64,000 bases of DNA. Source: Cycas panzhihuaensis. Taxonomy: Eukaryota > Plantae > Cycadophyta. Location: the NCBI GenBank assembly GCA_023213395.1, contig CM041465.1, positions 166,601,741-166,665,740 of the forward strand. Direction: 5' to 3'. Of this stretch, positions 13,111 through 24,600 are shown piece by piece. The notes under the pieces are model-generated. The model was not told the DNA's origin, searched no databases, and was given only the letters and a program-made list of their open reading frames with translations. The first letter of the stretch is position 1. Each line of letters starts with the position of its first letter. Both the position numbers and the translations under genes were made by a program.

Positions 13111-15017
13111 TGAATTGAGATGACATGGTGATGATGAAGAAGTAGAAGAGATGATAGAAGTATGTGCCACTGACATGTGTGGCTAGTACACCTGGCGCAA
13201 CAGGGATGTAGATATGAATGCTATGATAAGAAGCAAGCATTGATTAAATATTTTTCAACAACTATGAAAAATGAGCATGAGTAATGATGCAAGAATGAGG
13301 CCTAATGTAGAGCTGGCAAGTAGTGGTGATGTGTCATACCACTAACCTACAACTTATATCCAAATGTAGGTGAGGTTTCGATGCCTAAGGCTTCTAGTAT
13401 ACGATTAGGGCCTTCACCCGCGATACCCGCACCTGTGCTTGGTGATGAAATCCAAGTCACAGTGGAGCCTAGCTACTCCCAATCCTCACCCAGTTCACCA
13501 GTGAGCAGGTATATACCTCCTTCGAAGAGTCAAACGGTATGTGTGTATCCCATGACTATGACGGATATTGAACCGGGTTAATTTTAATCTTGTATTAAGG
13601 TTTTCAGTTTTTCCGAGTGGTTATCAGGATTATCTCTGATTGGAGGCTCTAGGTATGGCTAATTTGTCCCTCCACCACTATTCCGGTTAAGACCAGATTC
13701 AGTATAAAACTCACACCTCTCTTAGGGCCCAGACTTTTTGGCCAACTGTGGTCTATTTCAACCAAGGCGAGTGTGCGCACAAGTAAAGAACTGGAGGTAT
13801 AAATCGTACAGATGAGATTCCTTTTAGGAATAATGTAAGTTGTTTCTGAATAACTGAAAACTGAAATAGAAAGTTACCAAATGTGCATGTTTGTCTTTTG
13901 TACTTACTTTGTTGTTGCTGATGTTTTATGTGATGCTTTATGTTATGTGTGCAAATAGAAAAAACATGCTAGATTTAGTAGGGGAATCAGATGTTGTTTC
14001 TGATCCAAGGTTTTCTTTACTTTAGTACAATGTTTGCAAATATGGTTTTGGGAATTTCAATACAAAAGCCACAAAGGGCTAAAAAGCGGATTAATTTACC
14101 GCTATAAATCTAGATGTATGCTATTTTGCCCTATGTTGTGATTTTTTCACAAAATTTACAAATAATGAGAAATAGGCAATTTTTTTTTAAAATTACAAAT
14201 ATGAATGCCTAAATGATGGAATTTTAATTTATGACAGAAGAAAAAAGTGTTCAGAATGACGTTTCTAATAGGGCAGTGAAGTTAGATTTCTGAAAAGGCA
14301 TAAACAAATTTTTTGTTTGAAAAAAACACAAAAACAGAATTTTCCCAGATCCACAGTCTCAAAATATGAACTTCAATATGTCAAAAGTTGCATCTTGACA
14401 CGTACATCAACTTTTCCTCCTGCAACATCTTTCGTCTTTTGTGGAGTTGAGTAGTCAAATTTAGCATCCGTGAGAAAACTACAAAGATCTCATTAACCGG
14501 TGGATGAAATTTGATAAGATTTGTTTTAAAATGATCCTAAGACATAAATCTACTAAATCCTTAAAAAAAACTTATCAAATTTTCAGTTTATGATTAAAGG
14601 ATTTCATTGGGAAAAGTGCAGTAAGTCACTTATCAGCAAAATTTAACCTTTTATTTCAGCCAAAACTTGTTGTTGCAGGCTGAATTTGATGTTGCTCCAG
14701 AAGACAAAAAGATCCCCTTGGCAAAGCGACCTTGCATGTAAAATTTCATCAAATTCCGAGATGGTAAAAAATTTCATAAAATTTTAGGCCTTTAATGCTT
14801 CCGGGATTGTTCCGACAACCAAACGGTTTCAAAAACCTATATTTTTCACCTCTAAAATTTTGTACACATAAAGAAAGCAGCAACATACAAAATAATATAA
14901 TTTTAAGCTCTCAAATGTTTAAAAATGATGAGTGCACTCTTAATACTTCACATTGAAGGTGAAGGAGAGGCAAAATGACTCTATGCAAATGGAATGGAGT
15001 GAACAGATTCTCTTCTA

Positions 15018-15029
15018 GCTCTGATACCA
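15018..15029 (-). promoter_or_regulatory. Primer-binding site, tRNA-iMet (TGGTATCAGAGC)
   Basis: Exact motif 2 nt from the LTR end. Confidence 0.9.
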
Positions 15030-15031
15030 CA

Positions 15032-15343
15032 TGAAGGAAGGATGCATAGGTCTAGGGAATAAATCACTCGCATGCACACAATGACAATGGAGAATGAAAA
15101 AGAGATGAAACAAGATAGAGCAAGCTTGGAGGCGAGAATGAGTAATGACTCCTTCCTTGAGATTTCACCTTTTATTATTGAGAGTGAGCATTAGGTTTAG
15201 GATTTTCCCGCCTAATGACATAAATCTAAAATTACATCTAAATGCACATAAAGTGCATTTCACTAAGAGACTAATGTTAACAATATATCCTAAGGTCACT
15301 TAATTAATTTACACAAATGACCTTGATACATTAATCTCTTTCA
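15032..15343 (-). repeat. 5' LTR of Copia family B (~312 bp)
   Basis: TGAAGG...CTTTCA termini adjacent to the PBS; no partner LTR in the window. Confidence 0.7.
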
Positions 15344-15802
15344 GAGTACTTGGGCAAAAGTGGTGAAATGCCACATCTTTGGTGTAAAGTAATTGCTTCA
15401 AAATCGTTTTTGTGATTTTAAACTGCATGGATAGTTTATTTTCGAGGTATCATAGTGTATAATTGTAGGAATTGCAATGAGTTGGCAGAAAGACTAGTTG
15501 AAATATGGAGTAATTTGTTGAAGAATTCAATAGATGGAATTTTGACTTTGTAACTTTTGTGGACATAGGGATTCAAAATTTTAAAGCGTCAATGCACCAT
15601 GTATGTGAAGAACTTCTTAGCAAATTGGCGGATACAACGACTGGTTACCCATGTATTTTTGCCAAATGGTTGATTTGTTATATAGATATTAGTAAATTCA
15701 TCTAGGAAAGAAGGAAGCATAAATTGGAGCCCACTTGAAGCAGATTATTTGGTGCAGACAAAGTTTGATGTGACAAATAGTGAATTAAACTCCATGGGGG
15801 AG

Positions 15803-16176
15803 TGTTGGAAAGTAATGATTAATCCATGATTGTTGTAATTATTTAGTTTGTTACCCTTTAAATGTTGACCAAGAGGTGCACACTTGAGAAGATTCTTAAT
15901 ATGTGAGTATTATTAAATTCTATGTTAAAGTTCACATCTTTGTGTATTCTTATAGGCTGTCTTGGATGTTCTTCAATCTCATTAGTCCTCTATGAAGTGA
16001 ATTACTTCTATAAATATGTATTTTTTTTAATGTAATAGATGAAGTTGGATCATTGTTTTGATTTATTTTATATTTTGTATTGGTGTATATTTCATCTTTC
16101 TTTATCATAATGTCATAGTATTTTGTTTAACGTTTTTAACATGATGTCAAAGTAGTTCATTCAAATATTTCTAACA
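15803..16176 (+). repeat. 3' LTR (family C), preceded by PPT ATGGGGGAG
   Basis: TGTTGG...CTAACA; aligns along its whole length with the reverse complement of 59130-59519, including the upstream PPT. Confidence 0.8.
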
Positions 16177-16289
16177 AAATTATCACTAATGAGTTTGTAA
16201 GAAAACACCTCAATGGCTTTGTGTAATTAGCATCATAAGAGTAAAAGGTTTTTGGATTTCAAGCATATTTTAGTTCTCTTCAATTCTTA

Positions 16290-19080
16290 CAAATACATAA
16301 AAGGCAAAGATATGAGAAGTTGCCCATTCCTTGAAGTAAAAAAAATATGGAGCCTTGGGTCTAGGTTGGGCAAATAGAACAATATTTTCAGTCATTGCAA
16401 ACAAAACAGGAAGAAAAAGTGTAGATTTTACCAATTTACATCTAGAAGGTATTGTGTGTGAGTGGTGGTGGTGTTTGGAAATCTACCTAATAATTGGAAA
16501 GACTTCATTAAACTCTTCCTGGAAATGATTGAAACCACCACTAACAGAGATTATTATTGTGAAATATGTAGGTTGCAATGGATTGTGAAATATGTAGGTT
16601 GCAATGGATAGGAACCGTAGAGAAGCATAATGTAGCTTTCACCAAGCTAACTTGTGGTTAAAGACATTCCAATCAATAGATTGATTTAGATATGTATTGA
16701 TGGGTTAATGCTTGAGATATATATATTGACCTTAAAGTTTTAGACCCTTGAGACTTAAATAAGGCCATGAGCTTAGCTAAATCATATGAATCAAGATTAT
16801 AGACACGATAATGAGCTCACAAAGAAATATATATTTTTCCTTGTGATCGCGAAATGAGGAATCTAGTTGTAGAGACATGTGTAGTAGGTTAGAGAGATAT
16901 AAGGCCCAATCAACTAAACAAACTCATGTTGTGATTCTCTAGGGTTGAACATGTAGAGTTATGAAAGAAGGGATTATGCTTCTAGTGCAAGGAAATATGG
17001 GACAACGATTGTGGATGTGGCAAGAGTCAATTATATAATACCAAGCTAAATTTAGAAGAAGAGGAAGGAAGGGATTAATAATGGCAGGCCAAGAGAGCAT
17101 ACCTCCCACCTTGGAAAACGAGGTTTCCCAAATGGCATCCTTTGCAATGACAAGGTTACTTAGACTAGATGCATTCAAGGCTAAGGGCTACATGAGAAAG
17201 GAACCAGTAATAATGTTAATTGACATAGGTAGCAGTTGTAACTTCATGGGCCATTTCACTGCGTAGCACTTAAATTTGACTTAATAGGAATCTTGAATAG
17301 AGCAAGAAATAATTCCTATTCTAATCACGACAATAGACTCAACTGAATTGGGAGTGATCTACAGAGGATGCTTTGAAGAACATGTTATCAAATGCGTATA
17401 GCAAAATCCCAAGTATGTGTAGGAGGTGGTTGATAAATAATAGGATTGAGGATCTTGAATAATTTGAAATAATAAGTCATAGAAGTTATTCTTAAGGAAG
17501 TTTCTTGTTTTTTTTTTTTTAAATCATACTGCTTGACAGCCAATAGTCGCATATAATTAGAACCATCTAGATGAACATGAAAAAATTGTTTATGTAATTT
17601 GAGTAGGAAGGAAGAATGTAAGTTATGGATATAGGGGAAACAAAGACAATGACCATATACCAAATGGAGAAACTAATAAGGAAAGGACATTCAACTATGG
17701 ATATACAACTCTTAAGTCTTTAATTAGATTAATAATGAGCATTAGGAGGAAAAACAAATTGCAAGAGAATTCATCATTAGGACACCTTTCAAGATTTGTT
17801 GATAGAGCTTCCACCATACTAAGGTGTGTAACATCAAAAGGATGGAATTGAAATATTGGTAAAAATAGCCCCCAACAAAAGACCCTTCCTTGCTCTAGTT
17901 GTTCTTGTTAGGAAGAAGGATGAATTCTTTTGTTGTATGTGGATTATAGAGCACTAAATAAGGGTACCGTATATAATAGGTTTCCCATAGCTAGGATAGA
18001 CGAGCTATTAGATGAATTGCATAGAGCATAATATTTCAGTAAAACAGACCCTCAATTTAGCTATCCTCAAATTAGAATTAGGGAGGACATGCCCAAAACT
18101 ACATTTTGTACTTGTTGAGGATATTATGAGTTCAAGTCAATGCCATTTGGTCTTACAAATACCCCAACAACATTTTAGTCCATAATGTACAAGATCCTAG
18201 ATCTCTTCCTTACAATGTCTGTATTGGTTTTCTTTGATGATATTTTGACATATATTAAGAATTGGAAAGAATGTAGATACAATCTTAGTTGCTCATAAAA
18301 ATCAATTCTTTGCTAAGAAATCAAAATGTAGCTTTAGAAGGAAAAAGATACAAAATATTGAAGCTATATTATTTCAATAGAAAGAGTAAAAGTGGATATG
18401 GCCAAAATCAAAGCCATTATAATAGAATGTCTAACTTCGAAGAACATTTCCAAATTAAGTGCCTTACAAGATGCCACTAAAGATGTGTGTAAGGGAATTA
18501 CACAAACTAGAGAACCATATTGGCAAAATTACAAAAGAAACATTTCTTGAAGTTGGAATCAACAAATAGAAGAATGTTTTTAGACATTTAAGTAGATTAT
18601 GGCAAATATTCCATTCTAAGTTACAAGAAATAAGGAAATGGAAATGAGTTGAAACACCATTTCAAAAGAAAAAAAATTGAAAACGTGAATGTCAAAGTTG
18701 AATCATAGGAATACAAGTTGAGCATGCCAAGGATCCACAAATTGCACAACTCATCATAGGTATACAAGATGGGAAGCAAGACAAATTTGAATGGAAAATT
18801 GTGATTATTTAGTACGAAGGAAGAAATTACTTGAAAGTAGACTAAAATTTGAATGTGGATTTTGAAGGAGGGACATGCTGCACCATTTGCAAGACACGCA
18901 GTGTTCTTCAAGGCATACCTTGGGATCAAACAATTATCCTTTTAGAAGGGGATGAAAAAAAAAGACATACAAAGATGTTTAGCATAATGTGATATATGCC
19001 AAACATGTAAGTATGAAAGTATCTCACTCCTTGAGCTATCATACTCCTGGCCTATTCCCTAGCAAAAATGTGAAGGTATC
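16290..19080 (+). mobile_element. Highly decayed chromovirus-type Ty3/Gypsy gag-pol
   Basis: Protease IMLIDIGSSCNF (17210-17250); RT motifs [37 protein letters not shown]; integrase zinc-binding region (CDICQTCK ~18990). Confidence 0.8.
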
Positions 19081-19084
19081 CATA

Positions 19085-20973
19085 GCATTCAGAATATTTT
19101 GGAGGGCTGTTTGGACCATCTCATGATGAGCAAGAAAAAATTGACTTCCATGAAGACATTTAAGTACCTATTTTAGAGGAGTTTCTAGCCGCCTTTATAT
19201 TTCTATTAAAACAATTTTTATAACTTTTTTGGTCAACTTCCTTTTATAGATTTTGGCCACCTATTTAAGGGTGGTTATGGGCCTCATTTGGATCATCAAG
19301 AGGAGGAGCTTGGACTGTTGTAAATTTCGTGCACCTTGCCTCAACGAGGGACTGTTTATTTCAACAGAACTTGCAAGAGTACTTGGTAACTTGTATCTAT
19401 TCTATTGGATATATTTTCATGCATTTTACTTTCTAAACTTGAGATATTTAGCGGTTATTGTTCATTATCTATTGTTGCAATTTTCCTTCTTGCTAGTATA
19501 TCTTTGGATTGTTATATGTTTTTGGGAGTCTTCTATCCATAAATCTTATAGATGAAGTTGTAAGATTGTTACAAGTGGTATTAAAGCTTTGTTTTGAAGC
19601 TGGGTTAAGAAGAAGTGTTCTACAAGATAAAATTTTTAGAATGGAATTAAGATCAGGAAAAAAACTTTCATCCAACAAAATGTTGAACCATTAGAGACAA
19701 TAGTAGAGGTATCTCGTTGCGTCGACAATATTACCAATGATTTAGCTCAAATAAAGAAGGATATTTTGCTACGTACGAATACAATCATGGGAGGGAAAAA
19801 GGACTTTAGGTCCATCTAGACACTAGAAACAAGAAGAGTACACTGAAGAAGAAGAGAGAGATTTGGGGGACCAATTTGATCCTAGAATCAAAGCAACCAA
19901 ATTCCTTTTAGAAAAATTCGACCTCGAAAGGTCCAAAGATATTCGAAGTCGGATCTTACAGTTAGAAATCTATTTCAAAGCAAACCCCATGATGAACAAG
20001 GAAAAATTGGTTGTAGCAGCCCTTCACCTTTATGGAAAAGCTCTTAAATGGTACCATTGGCGGTGGATATTCTATGAAAAGACCAACTATTTTAATTGGA
20101 ATTTTTTGAAGAAATGCATCATTGAGCAATACGAAGAGACGTGAAATATTGGTTATTCTGCTCAACTCATGAGGTCGTAATAGACTGGATTAGTACATGC
20201 ATGCACAAAATAGTTCCAAAACCTTCATGGTTGGTAGAGACAGAAGTCAATGAAGAACAACTAGTTGAAGTATATATTGTAGGTCTAAAGGAGAATATCA
20301 AATATTGCCTTAAAATTTTAGACGTATTATAGCTCAATGATGCCATACGTCATGCGAGGAATATCAAAGCAGAATTCAGAGAGAGCAAGCAAAATTTTGT
20401 CCAGCAAAACGAACCATCGAGGCATTCAGGGCAGCAGTTCCAACCAAATTGGACACAATTGGGAACAAAAGTAGGGGCCCCATCCTTTGAGAAAAAGGAC
20501 GGGCATCTATCCCGAGCTGGACACATTAGAAATGAGAATTGTTTCCATTGTGGAGGTAGATATAACCAAGATCATAAATGTCCAACAAAGAAGATGTTTA
20601 TGATAAACAATGAAGAAGACAATATATTGAAAGAACTAGAAAGGGACAATTTGGAGGATGAAGCAATAAGAAAAATAAACAAATCAGAAAATGATGACCT
20701 TTTAAACACCAATATTGGCAATGCCCAAATTCCTCTTCAACCCATCACATGGGAGGTCTGCACACCTTAGACACTTCACTTTATAGGGTTAATAAAAAAT
20801 GTAAAAATCTTGATTTTGGTGGACAGTGGGAGCACCCATAATTTCATAAATAGATCGATGGCAAACAAATTAGGACTCCATATTAAACCACTTAATGTCT
20901 TTCAAATGGCCATTGCAAATGGTAGGACCATGCCCTATGGAGGGCATTGCCAACAGGTGGATTTATGAATCAA
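19085..20973 (+). mobile_element. 5' part of a chromovirus-type Gypsy (LTR remnant, PBS, gag, protease), cut by the next element
   Basis: ...TTACA then AG-TGGTATTAAAGC (degenerate iMet PBS, 19576-19587); gag LHLYGKALKWY; knuckle CFHCGGRYNQDHKC; protease LVDSGSTHNFI at ~20815-20850. Confidence 0.8.
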
Positions 20974-21476
20974 TGCAGTCAGGTGCAACTAGATTGTTGG
21001 TAGGTGTAACCAGACTTTAGGCAGGTGCAACTAGACTTCAGGCAGGTGCAACTGGAGCTTTAACAAGTGCAACTAGGTCTTTAGTAGGTGTAACCAAATC
21101 CTTGATAGGTGCAACCAGGGCAGCAGACAGTGCAACTAGGGCAACATTAGTTATGACTAAAATGTAAAAGTGATGTGAAAGAACGATGGAATAGTTATAT
21201 CAAGTAGTTATAACTGTAGGATAGGGAATATAAATAAAGTTATTGTAAGAAAGAGAGATCATTGATTTGTATTGCGGTGTATTCTTGCGGAGTGTCGTCC
21301 AACTGTGGCTATTATACACTGTTCAGGCCTGCGTCTGGTTGTGAGAGGACAGATGCAGAGCCCTTTTTGATAATGAAAGCTTGGTTATTTGTGCTCCAAC
21401 ACAGTGTCTTTCTCTTTTGCTTGTAACTCTTGTATAATGTAGTAGAGAATGAAAGGGTAAGAGAGAAGGGCGCACA
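20974..21476 (+). repeat. 5' LTR of the Athila-like element (left boundary uncertain)
   Basis: TG at the junction with the interrupted protease; TATAAATA ~21229; CA end followed by the PBS. Confidence 0.65.
20980..21147 (+). repeat. Eight 21-bp tandem units (YAGGTGCAACYAG...) in LTR U3
   Basis: Direct reading; period 21 nt. Confidence 0.9.
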
Positions 21477-21477
21477 T

Positions 21478-21493
21478 TGGTTCTGTTGCCGGG
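21478..21493 (+). promoter_or_regulatory. Primer-binding site complementary to the tRNA-Glu 3' end
   Basis: TGGTTCTGTTGCCGGG versus the reverse complement of plant tRNA-Glu ...CCCGGCAACGGAA-CCA as I recall it (TGGTTCCGTTGCCGGG): one CpG-type C>T mismatch. Confidence 0.75.
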
Positions 21494-21692
21494 TATCCAA
21501 AATTTGGAGAAGAATGAGCACCCGAGGATGAAAGAGTAAGGGGGGACTGTTCATGCCACCAAGGGTCAATTTCGTAAGAAGGGTCGAGACCAGGCAAGAA
21601 CGAAGTCAGCGCTGGGAGGCAGAAGGAAGCCAAGAGGGCATCTACAAACCTAAAGAACCAGTCGAAATGAAGTGTAGGTCAGAAGGAAACCT

Positions 21693-24600
21693 GTGAAGGG
21701 CAGACAAGAAGAGAGTCAGACCCCATGGGGACAAGAAAAAGAGAAGAAAGAAAAAGAAAGCGCAGAAGGAACTTGGGAAGGAACCCAAGAGTTGCAGGCG
21801 AAAGCCCCGAAGTGGATAGAGGACAAATACCACGAGAACTCAGAGGAAGGGCATGCCATTTTAGAGGAAGGAAAATCAATAAGTTTGGAGGTATATAGCA
21901 CCATCGCAACGGGGTGGGATTGCTATCTCGTAGATGTCAAGGACTCCTATTCCCATGTACTGAACCCGCTATTTAGTAAGAAGGCAGAAATGTTTTTAGG
22001 ATCATTGTTGCTGGGAAGAAACTCGGAGAGTGCGAACAATACTCCCCCGAATCAGGGGACGAGAGAAGGTGGAGGAACGAATTCAGCAATCCCAGTAAGA
22101 GGCGCAAACAGAATTGTGCAGAGCGGACCAATTCCAACAGGTTCGGCAAACCAGGCGCAAGGGAATGCAACGAGGGGAGGAAACCAGGTAAACTCTTTGT
22201 ATGTAATAGTTCAAAATGATGCTATGTTTGGGCATTTGCAGTTTGATGGCTCGGGAGATCCGAGAGACCACTTGGCCTTGTTTTCCAATATGCTAAAATT
22301 AAGAAAATTAAGGATCCAGATGAAATTAAAGCACGATTCTTTTCAACATTGCAGGGAGTAGCAATAGCTTGGTGCCAGTATGTGGCAAAAGCAAATCCAA
22401 CATGGGAAGTGGTGCAGACACAGTTTTTGGACAAATTCCAATGATTGTGGGATCCAATGTCCATTTTTCTAGCCCTGGAGGAAATTTGGCAGGTTCTAGG
22501 TGAGTCTGTGAATGATTTTGATGGTAGACTCCAAATTATTATGGACAAAATGGATCCTGCTATACCCATGAACCCGATGTTATCTCTAAAATATTTTGTA
22601 CAAGGGTTGTTACCTCATTTAAAAGAAAAGATTATTTTTCATCCATTGAATAGCTATGAGCAAGTCAAAGACTTGGCTTTACAAAGCCAAATGAGAATGG
22701 GTTATTTACATGTCGGAATTCAGAATGCTGGGCAAACAAGTGTGTCCCATTGGATGATAAATCCTGAACTAGAAGCCTTGAGGAAGGAAGTTGAAATGCT
22801 GAAACAACAATCCTCGATTGTGCTTCCTGGAACAAGTCAACAAAATGAGGAAATTAAAAAATTAAGGCCAGAAGTAGCCAAATTAAGAATAGGGAAATCT
22901 CGGGAAAACATATGGTGTCCTCCTCCCTGTGGACAACTAGGGCATTTCAAGAATGAACATCAACAAATGGGGGAAAGGCGATGGTGCGAAATATGTAAAA
23001 GGGGAAACCATCATACATGGGAATGTTATTACAAAACACTAGTGAGGGAGTCATTTTACCAAAGAAAGGAAGGCAATTCCTTTAAACAGTATAAAAGAAA
23101 AACAAAACCAGTCTGTTGCCATCTGTGTTCAAGATGGAGACACTTTCAAACAGACTGCCCATTACAAAACAAGAAGGAGATTATATTTGTGAGGAATGTG
23201 ATCCGGCAGACCACGAATGGGCAAACTGCCTAAAGAATCCCAGTCTGAAAGTGTAGACTTCCAATCTGGCGACAAAGGTTCCAAACAAAGAACAACCAGT
23301 CTATATCCAGACAAGAAGTGGAAAAATCACTTCCACGCCAGTTGCAGAAAATTTTCCTGACTCGACAGTTGAAAAAAGGAGATTACAAGAAGTTGTGCAG
23401 GTCTTGTAGGAAGCAACAAAGATAGTGCAACATGAGGAGATAAAGCAGGCCAATAGATTTAAAGGCCAAGTTTATCAGAGACGAATGACATTTCATGAAG
23501 AACAACCTGAGAAGAAACCCTAGCAGAAGATACAAAAAATGAAGGAATTGATGACTGAAATAGGGATCTCTATTCCTATTTCTACCATTCTTAAGTGGTA
23601 GGAGGTCGGCTATTCTAGCAGGCAATTTTAGATCAAATTGAAAACCTGTGTTGCGAGCGTTGAAAATAGATTCAATTGATCCTAGGGTTCTTATGACCCT
23701 CTTTGGTATGACAATTTGCAAAACCATTGTAGATGGTGGGTCAAGAGTAAATGTACTCCCAGAGACTACATGGATTTCATTGGGACGACCAGAAATGGTT
23801 TCTCCAGATTATGCGATTAGACTAGCTAATCAGTTGCAAGAGTTACAGTTTGCTTAGATTTTGCAATTGTCTTTGTTGAACATTCCAGTCACAATTGCAG
23901 GAGTTACAGTTCGCTTAGATTTTGCAATTGTTAGGATGTAAAATCATAACAAGACATACCTAGCACTTCTTGGAAGACCATGGCTACTTGCAACTGAAGC
24001 ATTGCAAGATTGGGGAAAATTGACTTTCACCTTGCATATTGCAGGAAAGAAAGTAGTTTTACCCCTTTTTTCGGATGGGCCTCACATAGAAAAAGTTGAA
24101 GATGTAGATACAACATCTGCAACCACTGTTACATCAGCCAACACAACCAGTCCTTGCTCGGAGACAGCATTTCAAGCCTTAAAAACTCCTCCTCACGTTC
24201 CGAGTGAAGCATCATCGACTTATTTATTGGACTGGCTGCAAATAGCATGGGAGGAAATGAGTGACGCATCTTCAAACTGTTATCAACTGGAGCTGTGCCT
24301 AGACAAGCAACAACAAGATCATAATAACATAGGTAATCTTGTATCTCAAAAGTGCGAAGCAAAAAGCCATGTAAAAGATCTTTTTTTTAATAAAACACAA
24401 GATGATTGCTTGTACTTGTTGCTTGACAATAAGACATATGGCTATAATTTGATTAAAAAGTCGCCAGAAAATATAGTTGGGAAATGTTTGTTTAAAACTC
24501 CTGCACCTACTAAATTGATGTTAGGACGGTAGGGTGTTCCTCCCTTTGGGGAAAGGAATTGCTCTCAAATGCATAAACAAGATGAAGCACTGAATTTTCT

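Larger units (their letters stand above)
10190..15343 (-). mobile_element. 5' half of a Ty1/Copia element (family B), truncated after integrase
   Basis: 5' LTR 15032-15343, iMet PBS, ~1.9-kb leader, gag with knuckle CDRCNCKGHFAKDY, protease WIMDTGATQHM, LWHARMGH, integrase RTDNGVEY...PQQNGVTERMNRT. RT/RNase H and 3' LTR are absent. Confidence 0.9.

Noticed and set aside
16141-16153. PBS linking the 15803 LTR to the downstream chromovirus (shared-LTR tandem)
   Set aside because: Homology with the 59130 copy continues past this motif to 16176, so it is inside the LTR.
21478-21497. tRNA gene
   Set aside because: Only the 3'-end complement (PBS); no A/B boxes or cloverleaf.
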